A stretch of DNA of 63,695 nt, the filler included, from Octopus bimaculoides (taxonomy: Eukaryota), in assembly GCF_001194135.2 (NCBI RefSeq). It is 6 parts of 5 records of this genome, joined end to end, with 100 filler letters (N's around TTAATTAATTAA, not from the genome) between each part and the next. Parts side by side here need not be neighbours in the genome. Positions count along the whole stretch, not along the records: positions 34,953 to 43,889 come from NC_068987.1; positions 43,990 to 53,839 come from NC_069005.1; 4 more parts are not named here. One strand, given 5' to 3'. The translations under genes and the position numbers were made by a program. Positions within the stretch are counted from its first letter, which is position 1. Every line of letters starts with the position of its first letter. Below the pieces are notes generated by a model. It made no database searches, was not told where the DNA came from, and saw nothing but the letters and a program-made list of their open reading frames with translations. Positions 36,909 through 50,125 of this stretch are shown piece by piece.

Positions 36909-37229
36909 CATGGCTTAGTGGTTAGGGTTTTCAGCTCATGATAGTAAGGTTATGAGTTCGATTCCCGGCGGCGCGTTTTGTCTTCAAACAAGACACTTTA
37001 TTTCACGTTGCTCCAGTTTACTCAGCTGGCAAAAATGAGTTGTACCTGTATTTCAAAGGGCCAGCCTTTTTACATTCTCTATCACGCTGAATGTCCCTGA
37101 GAACTACGTATATATATACATGTCTGTGGAGTGCTCAGCCACTTGCACGTTAAATTCACGAGCAGGCTGCTCCGTTGATCGTATCAGATAGCAGCCTCGT
37201 TGTCGTCACTGACGGAGTACCAGTTATTG
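36909..37229 (+). mobile_element. tRNA-derived SINE family B, directly behind the tail of a family C SINE
   Basis: tggcttagtggttaggg A box, gagttcgattccc B box, and a 3' body gtggagtgctcagccacttgcacgtt shared with the 42431 copy. Confidence 0.8.
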
Positions 37230-37527
37230 GAAATGCAGACACAGACCACATAAGATGAACTGGTGGTTGAGCCAATGGCTGTAGTTGATGATATGGTCGG
37301 AGTAACAACAAGTTTTGATACATGTAAAGGCAATCTGGTGAAAGGGGTGAGGAATTGTTTAAGACAAAACTGTAAGTCACGAAGATAAACACTGAGTTAG
37401 ACATGAAAAATATAAAATCATTCAACGTCTTAACACTCCCAGACTTCAGATAGAGTTACAGTTAATTTTGTAAATTGCAAAACCAAACAGGGCCATGTTT
37501 AATTGCTCTAAAATGTGTAATTAAACA

Positions 37528-37707
37528 TCACTTCAAAATAGAAGAGCAACTACAACGTCAATTCAAAATAAGGAAGCAACTACAATGTTACCTCAAAATA
37601 AGGGAACAACTGCCATATCACCTCAAAATGAGAAGACAATTTCATTGTCACCTCAAAATGAGAAAGCAACTACAGCATCACCACAGAATGAGAAAGCAAC
37701 TACAATA
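37528..37707 (+). repeat. 30-bp minisatellite, six units (consensus TCACCTCAAAATGAGAAAGCAACTACAATA)
   Basis: Units start at 37528, 37558, 37588, 37618, 37648 and 37678; no indels. Confidence 0.9.
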
Positions 37708-38829
37708 TCACCCCCAAGGAGTCGCAAAATGATCAGCAGGGAGCATGCAAATATTGGATTGGCAAGCCTTAACATACTCTCCCGATTTTCCATCTAAATA
37801 TGGCGGATATATCTTCTTCAAATCACACTTTGCTATCTTCGTTAAAAGGTTATATTAAACAATCATGTTCCTGATACACAAAACGCCAGCGAGTTGATCA
37901 CAACTAGGCTGATATATACATATCAGCGATCGCATCTCGTGGATTTCAGATGCATTATACTCTGCCTTATACTCCTCCGTATTGGATTACTCTGTAGTCT
38001 GGTAGCCGGGCCTACCAGAGGAGCTTTCCGTGATCGCCACATGATTCAATGAATCCATATATTACACTACATACATGCATATATACATATATACAAACAA
38101 TGCATACTGCATATACAAAGCCACATTTACTTACAAACATATACACTTCCATGTATATATGAATGCATATATCATATATACAATCTGCATGTAAATATAT
38201 ACACCCACCCACCTATGCTGTGCACAACTTATTAACAAACCAAAAACTAAGACCATGTCATTTTCCCATTGCGTGTTCATCTCTTAATGTGTCCGGACGT
38301 ATGTTTGTATGTATGTGTGTGTATATATATGTATATATATATATATATATNNNNNNNNNNNNNNNNNNNNNNNNNNNNNNNNNNNNNNNNNNNNNNNNNN
38401 NNNNNNNNNNNNNNNNNNNNNNNNNNNNNNNNNNNNNNNNNNNNNNNNNNNNNNNNNNNNNNNNNNNNNNNNNNNNNNNNNNNNNNNNNNNNNNNNNNNN
38501 NNNNNNNNNNNNNNNNNNNNNNNNNNNNNNNNNNNNNNNNNNNNNNNNNNNNNNNNNNNNNNNNNNNNNNNNNNNNNNNNNNNNNNNNNNNNNNNNNNNN
38601 NNNNNNNNNNNNNNNNNNNNNNNNNNNNNNNNNNNNNNNNNNNNNNNNNNNNNNNNNNNNNNNNNNNNNNNNNNNNNNNNNNNNNNNNNNNNNNNNNNNN
38701 NNNNNNNNNNNNNNNNNNNNNNNNNNNNNNNNNNNNNNNNNNNNNNNNNNNNNNNNNNNNNNNNNNNNNNNNNNNNNNNNNNATATATATATATATATAT
38801 ACTGGAAGTATGTATTGTATGCATCTAAA

Positions 38830-39818
38830 TGGACATGTTTGTGTGTGTGTGTGTGTGTGAGTGTGTTGTGTGAGTGTGTGAGTGCGTGCGTATAGTGACG
38901 GGCTTTGGTTGAATGGGGCTGGAGGTTGTGGGTAACATAATATTGCTTCGCCCTTGTATTTTGTCGCCCACAGACTCTCTCGTATGATGGACTGTTTACT
39001 GCGCAATAAATTGGGTAAAGAGGTGGGGGTGGGGGTCGAAGGGTGGCCTAAAAGGGAGAGGAAGAGACAGACGGACAGATAGGTAGACAGAGTGAAACGA
39101 CAATAAAAGAGAGACCATAAGTAGGTTCTGACTGAGAGAGGGAAAGAGAGAAAGAGTGGGAGGGAGAAATAGGGAGAGAGAGGGGGGAGGAGCGATAGGA
39201 GGAGGAGAGAGAGAGGGGAGAGGGAGATGTATCGGTATGAGGACATGTGACATAAAAGTGAAACAAGACGGCAAAGAGATAAAATGAGAGCGTGAGATTG
39301 AGAGGAAGGGTAAGAGAGAGAGAGAGAGAGAGTGAGAGAGAAAGAGAGAGGGGAAAAGAGAGATTGAGAGACAGGAACAGAGAGACAGAGGGGGTGAGAA
39401 AGAGAGAGAAGGCTTTAGCTGGAGAGGGAAATATCCAGACAAAGGAAGTCGGTTGGTGTGTGTGTGTGTGTGTGTGTGTGTGTAGCGGGAGAGTGGGAGA
39501 GTGGGAGAGAGAAAGAGAGGAGAGAGAGATGTACACAAAGAGAGGAGGGAAAGTGGGAGAAGGTAAAAAAATCATACAGGATTAAAAAGTTGTTCTTGTT
39601 GTTGTTGCTGTTGTAGAAATTAAAAGNNNNNNNNNNNNNNNNNNNNNNNNNNNNNNNNNNNNNNNNNNNNNNNNNNNNNNNNNNNNNNNNNNNNNNNNNN
39701 NNNNNNNNNNNNNNNNNNNNNNNNNNNNNNNNNNNNNNNNNNNNNNNNNNNNNNNNNNNNNNNNNNNNNNNNNNNNNNNNNNNNNNNNNNNNNNNNNNNN
39801 NGGTAGTAGTCAGAGGAT

Positions 39819-39851
<33 letters not shown>

Positions 39852-39881
39852 AATACACACACACGCACATACACATTTGTG

Positions 39882-39912
<31 letters not shown>

Positions 39913-39913
39913 A

Positions 39914-39952
<39 letters not shown>

Positions 39953-40300
39953 TGGCGGTGCCCCAGCATGGCCACAGCTCATGAGCTGAAACTAGATAAA
40001 ATGAAAATATGTATGTATGTATGTGTGAGTGTATATATGTATGGGTGTATGTGTGTGTTGCCCTTTTATTTGAAGTGTGTGCGTGCGTGTGTGTATGTGT
40101 GTGTGTGTGTGTGTGTGTGCATGTATAAGAACAGAGAAGTAAAAGTATAAGAAAGAAAGAAGTAGATATAATAGAGGAAGTAGGTGGAAAAGAAAGTGAG
40201 AGGGAGAAATTAAAAGGAAAGGGAGGAGGAGGAGAGAAATGCAAGCACGAATGGGAGTGGGGGGAGAGAATAAGTAAAAAGAAAAAAAGAAAAAGAAAAA
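38830..40300. repeat. Compound microsatellite and purine-rich low-complexity block (GA, GT, TA)
   Basis: Direct reading; it explains all overlapping ORFs in the track. Confidence 0.9.
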
Positions 40301-42430
40301 GAATATTGATGATGAAACATTCTGTATATGAGCATGCGCAGTTGAAGCTTCGTGCAATTGCTTTTGTTGGCCTTTTTTCCTTTTGCTTTTTACTTGCTTT
40401 TTATGGTTTTGTCGCTATAAAACTTCCTTGTTCATATCCGGTTAATGATCTCGCAACCTAATACTTCTACCGATCCCAGCAGAAGACCAAGTGGCCTTAG
40501 TTTGCACACTAACTAGGCCAAGAAGTAAGGTGGCTCATACTGTCTACATGAAAAACAATCTTATTTCTTCTTTATTATTATTATTATTTGCTTTCCCAGT
40601 TTTTTTTTCTTTCCTTGGCGGGTAAGGGGTTCGTTTTATTAGCTTCAAGGCAATGATATTTCAACTCCTGGGTGTGGTAATTTACGGTGAAAATGATTCT
40701 GATTTTGTCACACTGACATAAAGCTATTAAGCTTATAGGTAAATTTGCCCCACTTTTAAAAGAGGAATGTTGACTTTAGCGAATGCAAGTGAAGGAGAAA
40801 GCAGAGCTCTGTGATTAAAACGCACCGATTGTGGTTTTTGTCATTCGTATTTTTGAGGTCGATTGAATAAAGTTACCATTCGGGTGCTATACCCCATTCT
40901 CTGAAACTGTGTGGTCTTGTATAGTGCTGTCTTAAGGTGTAGGCAGTTACTCGAGGGTGCCACTGATGTAGGAGTCAATTTGCTGAAAATGTATTCTATA
41001 TATGATGGGCTCTCCTGTCGTTAGATAACATATTAGGGGTTCGACAATTTCTTACTGAACAACCACACAAATGATTTGTTTATAGTAATCAAATGTTTGT
41101 GTAGACATAAACTCACACCCTCCATCAGATCGATGTTATCTGTACATGTGCAACGGATGGCACATGTCAGATGTCGAAATGATTGCAGAGCAACGTGAAA
41201 TAAAGTGCTATGCTCAAGAACACAACGCAACGCCCGGTCTGGTAATCGAACCTACGATCTCGCAATCGTGAGTGCAACACCCTAACCACCAAGCCATGTG
41301 CTTATATATATATNNNNNNNNNNNNNNNNNNNNNNNNNNNNNNNNNNNNNNNNNNNNNNNNNNNNNNNNNNNNNNNNNNNNNNNNNNNNNNNNNNNNNNN
41401 NNNNNNNNNNNNNNNNNNNNNNNNNNNNNNNNNNNNNNNNNNNNNNNNNNNNNNNNNNNNNNNNNNNNNNNNNNNNNNNNNNNNNNNNNNNNNNNNNNNN
41501 NNNNNNNNNNNNNNNNNNNNNNNNNNNNNNNNNNNNNNNNNNNNNNNNNNNNNNNNNNNATATATATATACGTTTACCAATTTGAGGCGGAAGGCCTGGT
41601 GCTAAGAACAGTGACACACACACAAGCATACACACACACACACTCACGCACGCATACACACATACACACACATGCGCACGCACACACACACACACACACA
41701 CATACACACAAACACATGCACATAAGGATACACATCTTAGTACAGAACGGAGTAAGTGGAGTAAACGCACACACGAAAACGAAATAGAAGTTGAAAATGC
41801 ACTGAGAATAGTTGAAATATTTTTTATTCAAATATTTGAAGCTTTAACCGGTTTCACAGTTTACTTTGATTTCTAAAAAGTTCAAATAGAAAGACGTGGC
41901 TTATGTCGCAGCTGTCTTGCTCCTGACTCGTGTTTGAAGTTTATAGGTCATTCATGGCTCAAATTAGTACATGTTTTGAATAGGATTTGATTGCTAGAGG
42001 ATATATGTATATAAGTGCGCCAGTGCATTGCTTAGCTAGAGAGCCTATAATACTTTAAAGAAAGGTTCTGGTTTCTCCGGGATGTTCCATATTTCTTCTG
42101 TCTTCGCTCCAGGGAGTAGAGTTGTAATTTTTTCAGTCTTTCCCAATACTTCAGCTGTCTCAGTGAAGCAATCTTCTAGCTGCAACATGGTTGAATTTCT
42201 TTGGGTTCCGCTATAGATTTTGATATTGTAGGGTGACCATAGTTGAGAGCAGTAGTCTAGATCTCTGAGAGCAAATGCTGTATCGGTGGCTATATTGTCC
42301 GAATTCTGGTCACCACTGTTATATCGCACGTTCGACGTACAATATAACAGGATAATAATAACGTACTCGCAAATCGTTCTACTCAATATACACAATACTT
42401 GTAATAACCCTTGACTTTACACAGCTCAGT

Positions 42431-43091
42431 GGAGGCGCAATGGCCCAGTGGTTAGGGCAGCGGACTCGCGGTCATAGGATCACGGTTTCGATTCCCAGAC
42501 CGGGCGTTGTGAGTGTTTATTGAACGAAAACACTTTAAGCTCCACGAGGCTCCAGCAGGGGATGGTGGCGAACCCTGCTGTACTCTTCCACTACAACTTT
42601 CTCTCACTCTTACTTCCTGTTTCTGTTGTGCCTGTAATTCAAAGGGTCAGCCTTGTTACACTGTGTCACGCTGAATATCTCCCGAGAACTACATTAAGGG
42701 TACACGTGTCTGTGAAGTGCTCAGCCACTTGCACGTTAATTTCACGAGCAGGCNNNNNNNNNNGGTTTCGATTCCCAGACCGGGCGTTGTGAGTGTTTAT
42801 TGAACGAAAACACTTTAAGCTCCACGAGGCTCCAGCAGGGGATGGTGGCGAACCCTGCTGTACTCTTCCACTACAACTTTCTCTCACTCTTACTTCCTGT
42901 TTCTGTTGTGCCTGTAATTCAAAGGGTCAGCCTTGTTACACTGTGTCACGCTGAATATCTCCCGAGAACTACATTAAGGGTACACGTGTCTGTGAAGTGC
43001 TCAGCCACTTGCACGTTAATTTCACGAGCAGGCTGTTCCGTTGATCGGATCAACTGGAACCCTCGACGTCGTAAGCGACGGAGTGCCAACA
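42431..43091 (+). mobile_element. tRNA-derived SINE family B, appearing twice because of an unmerged contig overlap
   Basis: 42484-42753 is identical to 42764-43033 across a 10-N gap. Confidence 0.85.
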
Positions 43092-44819
43092 CAGCTCACG
43101 ACTCTCTCCGCACACTCTCTGCACATATCCATTTATATTGTGGCACAGTCCATTAGGAGCCAACCAATAGGAGTGTTCTACTTCCACACAACAGTAAACA
43201 TCCTCCATAAGACCAGCATCGTTTCTTGGTCCCTTGTTCTGAAAGTTCTCAGAATCTACCTGGTCATTCGCCTGCACATTACCACTATCTTGGTAATATG
43301 CACATGAAAGGAAGTATCTATCTTTACTCATATCAATATCCAGGTCATGTCATTGATTCTGATTGTGGGGTTACCGTTCCTTCTGGTTTGAAATATCTGT
43401 GTTGCAGTGTGTTCGCACAAAACTGGCTGATAACTGCGTGGAATTGCATGTCGTATGACATCTTGATCTTTCTGGAGGAGATTAGTATACTTTTGATCTT
43501 TTATATTCTTGTATTTGTTTCAGTCGTTTGACTTCGGCCATGCTGGAGCACCGCCTTTAGTCGAGCAAATCAACCCCAGGACTTATTCTTTGTAAGCCTA
43601 GTACTTATCCTATCGGTCTCTTTTGCCAAACTGCTAAGTTACGGGGACGTAAACACACCAGCATCGGTTGTCAAGCGAAGTTGGTGGGGACAAACACAGA
43701 CATACAAACATATACACACATACATATATATATATATATATACATATATACGACAGGCTTCTTTCAGTTTCCGTCTACCAAATCGACTCACAAGGCTTTG
43801 GTCGGCCCGAGGCTATAGTAGAAGACACTTACCCAAGGTGCCACGCAGTGGGACTGAACCCAGAACCATGTGGTTGGTAAGCAATCTACNNNNNNNNNNN
43901 NNNNNNNNNNNNNNNNNNNNNNNNNNNNNNNNNTTAATTAATTAANNNNNNNNNNNNNNNNNNNNNNNNNNNNNNNNNNNNNNNNNNNNTCAACGACCTT
44001 CCGTCAACGACCTTCCACCAATGCCCTCGTGTCCAGCAAAAAGGGTTTGACCCAGGCACACAGTAATGCACTCATGTACACACATGCAAACCCTTATAAA
44101 GCGGACACCACTCCCAACACATACCCCTGCACACAAATTGAACCCCCACATACATAGACACCTCCATCCTACATATACATTAGACATTACACACACATTC
44201 CACACCGCCCGCTAATATACCCACTCCCACGACTTACAGAAAATAAAACAGACCAACGAACACAGCTATATACACCTACACCCCGGGAAATCCCCACTTC
44301 AAGATAACTCTTACCGGCTTCACAGCATACCCAACCAAGGGACATAACTGCGAACCTAATCCCCTTGTCCTTTTTCGTTTCACCCCCTTTTTTCACAGCA
44401 GCCACTGACCACTTGACACTCTTCGACAATAGAGAACAGTGACCACTTGACACTCTCTGACAATAGAGAACAGTTGCCATATTCCCTTCCATATCGGCTA
44501 ACTCTGATGAGTGCAAAGTTACATAATTGGTTTGTTACCTAACGCTCCATTGTATTCTTTATGCGAAACCGATTGGTAAGACCAGCTGTGATGGATATTT
44601 GATATTATGCATTTCGGATAATATAACCATTCTACTGACAGATATAGGAGTGCATCTTTTCCCTGACTTATGGTCTGTAAGACGACTCACGTATACATAT
44701 ATATACATATAAATTCAAAAGGGGATAAAACTCTTTTACAAGAATTTTATCAAGAAGCCATTCGGTACTAAAAATGTGTTTATTTTGAGAAGTCCAGTGT
44801 GTGGCATTATTATTCTGTA

Positions 44820-45402
44820 GTAATGCCCCTTATATAAATATAAACGTATATATACATACAAACATACATACATACATACATACATACATACATACATACA
44901 TACATACATACATACATACGTGTGTGCGGGTGTGTGTGTGTAAAAGAGAGAGATGGAAAGAGGAAGGGACGGGCAGTTTTTGCGGGTAGGCATGGCCAAA
45001 AGTTTCGGAAAGTGTTATTGATTTGCAAGAATAACATCGCGAGTTCAGTCCTGCGGCTGGGCAATTTGGGGGTCACTTGGAGTATAGTTTTGGGTCGAAT
45101 GGAGGTTTGGGAATGAAATGGAATGGAGGGGACGGAGACAAAAGAAGATGTAATAGGGATGATGATGACAATGATGATGATGATGACGAGGATGATAATG
45201 ATGAAAAAAAGAGGAAGAGGTGGAGAAGAAAAAGAAGACGAAGAAGACAAAAAGATGTGAATACGATGAAGACGATGACGATGATGATTGATGACTGATT
45301 GATGATGATGATGATGATGATGATTGCGATGGTGATAGCGGTGATGGTAGCTACAGTACCTACGGCGACTGAAGGAACCAGCAAGGCGTGATGTACTGGC
45401 AG

Positions 45403-45485
<83 letters not shown>

Positions 45486-45718
45486 CAGATTAAGAAGGGG
45501 AGGGAGGAGGACGAATCGAAAAGAGGAGAAAGAGAAAGTAGATGTTTAACGAAAAACAACAAAAGCCGAGAAAGGAGGGAATACAAGAGAATTTAAGAAA
45601 GGGACGAAAGGAAAAGAAAGAGGGTAAATAAAGAGAAAGGAGGAGGATAGATAGGGATCCAAAGGCATCTTTAGATAGAATGATAGATAGGCAGAGAAAG
45701 ATAACCAGTAGGGTGGAC

Positions 45719-45749
<31 letters not shown>

Positions 45750-46393
45750 GATAGATAGATATATAGATAGATAGATAGGGAGATAGACAGATAGAGATTC
45801 TGTAGTACTTTGTACTATATATATATATGTGTGTGTGTGTGTGTATACATATATGTACACACACACACGCACGCGTACATACACAGACACGCATACATGC
45901 ATAAATATAGACGAGAAAGAGAGAGAGAATGAGAGATAGAAACGGAATAAGACAGAGAAGGGCAGAGAGGGAGGGGGAGAGAGAGGAAGAGAAAGAGAGA
46001 GACAGAAAGACGGAAAAAGAGAGAGAGAGAGAGGGAGAAAGAGAAACAGAGACAAAGAGACGGTGACAGAGAGACGGAGAGAGAGAGAGAGACGGAGACA
46101 GAGAGACAGTGACAAAGAGACGGAGACAGAAAGACAGAGAGAGAGAGAGAGAGACAGAAAGACAGAGAGAGAGACAGAAAGACACAGAGAGAGACAGAAA
46201 GACGGTGAGAGCGAGAGAGAGAGAGAGAGAGAGAGAGAATACAGGGAAGAACACTAACAGAACACAACACAAAACGAATGAATGTTGTGAAGGGGGGAAC
46301 GAAAGAAGAAAGTAGGAGACGACTAACAAGAAAGAGACCGAAGAAGACTACAACCACCACTAATTCTACTAATAATACAACTACTACTACTGC

Positions 46394-46425
<32 letters not shown>

Positions 46426-46799
46426 GTGATACGAAGAAGAACAATAAACAAGAGCCAGCTCTGTTGTCTGCCTCTTGCCGCTCCTCGTTGGCCACCCCTG
46501 AGGAATTGCGGAAAGACAAGGAAAAGCATGAAGCTAGGAACCATATGAAATGGTCGCTGGATATTACATAGCGTCCAAATGTTTCAGAGGAAACACCACT
46601 GTGAAGGTTGCTCTGTGGCTTCTGAACGACACTGCCGGAAAACGTACGTAAACGCGTTGGATTTTCGTTTCTGCTTGCTGGGATTGCATGATGGAGTAGT
46701 GGAGGTCTTTTATGGATTGCTGTCTGTGTTTGGCGTTTGTGTATGAATGTGTGTCTCTGCCTGTCTGTCTGTGTGTGTGTGTGTGTGTGTCTATCTTTG

Positions 46800-46846
<47 letters not shown>

Positions 46847-47337
46847 GTAGAGGTATGTGTATATATTCATGTCTTTCGCTATGTATATTTAGAATGTGAT
46901 TGTGTATGTATGTATATATTTATATATGATTTTTACCGATGTATGTATATATGTATGTATGTGTATGTATTTGTATGTATTTATATATGTACGACAGCAG
47001 TCTTTATGTATATATTTATGTCTTTCGGTATGTGTATTTAGAATGTGAGTGTGTATGTATGTATCCATGTATGCATGTATATATATTTATATATGATTTT
47101 ACCGATGTATGTAGTTATATATGTATGTATTTATATATGTATGACAGCAGTTTTTATGTATATATTTATGTGTGTATGAACACGGTTGAGTAAATATGTA
47201 TGTATATAGGGGTGTATATATGTGTATACGTTAATGTGTTGGAGGAAACCTGTATGTATGTATGTATGTATGTTGTATGTATGTATGAATGTATGTATGT
47301 TTGTATGTATGTATGCAAGGATATATGTGTAGATGGT

Positions 47338-47402
<65 letters not shown>

Positions 47403-48018
47403 CTTGTATATGTATATGTATGTGTATGTATTTGTATGTGAATGCACTGAAGTACTTCTGTCTGTCTGTCTGTATGTATGCATGTATGTTTGTATATATG
47501 TATGTACATCGTTGTGTACATGTGTGTATACAGTCGTGTATATACGAATATATTTTGATAAATTTATATGTATGCGTTTGTATATATTTGTATGTATTTG
47601 TGCATGTATGTATACACACGCACACACAAACACAAACACACAAACACAAACACAGCACACACACACATACACACATAACTTCGTATGAATGTATGCATCT
47701 AGGCATGTATGTATGTATGTATGTAGGCATGTATGTATAGAGATGTATACTTTATTAATATAGTGAAATACTAAGCATGTTTATGGGTGTGCACGAATTT
47801 ACGAATTTTGTATACACACACATATATATATGCATGTATATATGTATATATACATATATATATATGTATATATATACATGCATACATATACACACATAAT
47901 ACATATATATGTATATATATATGCGTGTATGAATGTATGTATATATATATATATACACATACATGCATCCATATACATACATGATAAATACATATACATA
48001 TATATGTATGCATGAATG

Positions 48019-48101
<83 letters not shown>

Positions 48102-48250
48102 ATGTATGTATCTATCTATCTGTATATACATGCATGCAAACATACATATTCATATTTACGTGTATATATATATGCACATATATACATAAGTATGTATGAA
48201 TGTGTGTATATACATACATACACACATATATACATGTACGTATATATACA
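44820..48250. repeat. Long compound microsatellite field (TACA, GAT, GA, AAT, TA, TG), including a ~150-bp tandem duplication at ~46870-47170
   Basis: Direct reading. Confidence 0.9.
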
Positions 48251-48927
48251 TGTTTATATCTGTGTTGTGTTGATTCTTCTACGTAACGCGAGTTATACTT
48301 TGATAGAAGCGATTTACGCTCCAAGCCTCTCCATCCGTGACCATTCGTTCTATTTTTTTTACTCTATATCTCCATTATCCTCTTGAGGAATGGCATGGTT
48401 GTTACTTCCTGCATGTCGTCTCTCTGTTTCGTTTGTGTTGTCTGTCAGTCTTCTATGTGCTCTGCTTGACCGAGCAAAAGTGTAACCAAGCTGTTTCCAA
48501 CCGTGACCATATCGTCTGTCATCGAGGTTATTCTGTATGTGATAACGGTAGCGTGTGATTTAAACGAGATTTGATTTTGGCTGCTGTTTCTAGCATTTTG
48601 AGGAGATTCACCTTCATTGTGCTGTTCCCTGTCTCTGTCAGGATTACATAAACACACACACACACACACATGTATACATATACAAGACTGTGTGTATACG
48701 TCTGTATTTGTATATATATATATATATATATATNNNNNNNNNNNNNNNNNNNNNNNNNNNNNNNNNNNNNNNNNNNNNNNNNNNNNNNNNNNNNNNNNNN
48801 NNNNNNNNNNNNNNNNNNNNNNNNNNNNNNNNNNNNNNNNNNNNNNNNNNNNNNNNNNNNNNNNNNNNNNNNNNNNNNNNNNNNNNNNNNNNNNNNNNNN
48901 NNNNNNNNNNNNNNNNNNNNNNNNNNN

Positions 48928-48962
<35 letters not shown>

Positions 48963-49034
48963 ATTATCTATCTATCTATCTATCTATAAAACTACACTCG
49001 CATACATATACAAAACTTTGTGTGTGCTTGTATA

Positions 49035-49078
<44 letters not shown>

Positions 49079-49088
49079 NNNNNNNNNN

Positions 49089-49132
<44 letters not shown>

Positions 49133-50039
49133 TATTCATATATTCTGACTGTGTGTTTGTTTGAAATGTATGTACGAATGCATAATATTGTCTGCTGTTG
49201 TTATTGTTGTTGTTGTTGCTGCTGCTGCTGCTACTGTTGCTGCTGTTGTGTTGTTTCGTACCGAGTCAGCTTCGAATGGGCAGACCTATCATTAAATGCG
49301 TTCCAGGCGTGATCATCCAGTCTTGTAAATAACATGCATCGTTTTTTAGCAACGACAGGTTGTAACTGAAGCGAATTTTCGCAGCTATTTCTAGCACTTC
49401 AAACGACTCATATACAAGTTCCTTCTCCGCGTGTTGTACACATTACTTCCTGTGCGCGTGCGCGCATGTGAGTGCGTGCGCGTGCGCGTCCTCGTGCGTG
49501 CGTGTATGTGTGTGTGTGTGTGTGTTGGTGTCGCTGTTGCTATTTTCCTTGTTGCTTAGCTCCAACTCAATCCTGATTCAAAGAAACTTGAATCGAAGTG
49601 GTTCCAATTCTGACCACACCGTTTTCTAACGTATTGTGTACTCGGGAGCACGCTGTGTCGCCGAGTGTGTCATTCTTTATATAAGGGATATTTGGCTACC
49701 GTTCTTTGGAGGTCGAACAACTGTATATTTAGGCTGGCTTGCTTAGGTGTGAGTACGTATTGAACTGTAAGTTGTATCCAAGTATATATACACATGCCTG
49801 TATTTATACACACACACACACATACACACACGTACATATATATATATGTATATATATATAGCAATTAGAAATTTCTAATTGCTATATAAATTTAGGGTAA
49901 AATAACCCCCGTTTTACCCGCACCCACTTATTACACTTGGTATAGCACTAGTGTGACAATAATTGGGTACCCTCCCAGCAGTATATTGGATAGATATTAT
50001 CCCTTAGTGGGTTGAATCCTCAACCCCTAACTCCCTTGC

Positions 50040-50125
<86 letters not shown>

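Noticed and set aside
42431-42505. tRNA-like sequences here and at 968, 36460, 36909 and 41170-41298
   Set aside because: A and B boxes are present but the cloverleaf is incomplete and each runs into a SINE body; these are SINE heads, not tRNA genes.
42484-43033. Exact 270-bp tandem duplication of a SINE
   Set aside because: Identical copies on either side of a 10-N gap indicate an unmerged contig overlap.
46278-46571. 97-aa ORF with poly-T/poly-N runs
   Set aside because: Built largely from (ACT)n and (AAT)n microsatellites, with no recognisable domain or convincing splice sites.
38163-48963. Many long ORFs in the track (YIYI, VCVC, SLSL, ERER, HTHT, XXXX)
   Set aside because: Translations of dinucleotide and tetranucleotide microsatellites and N gaps.
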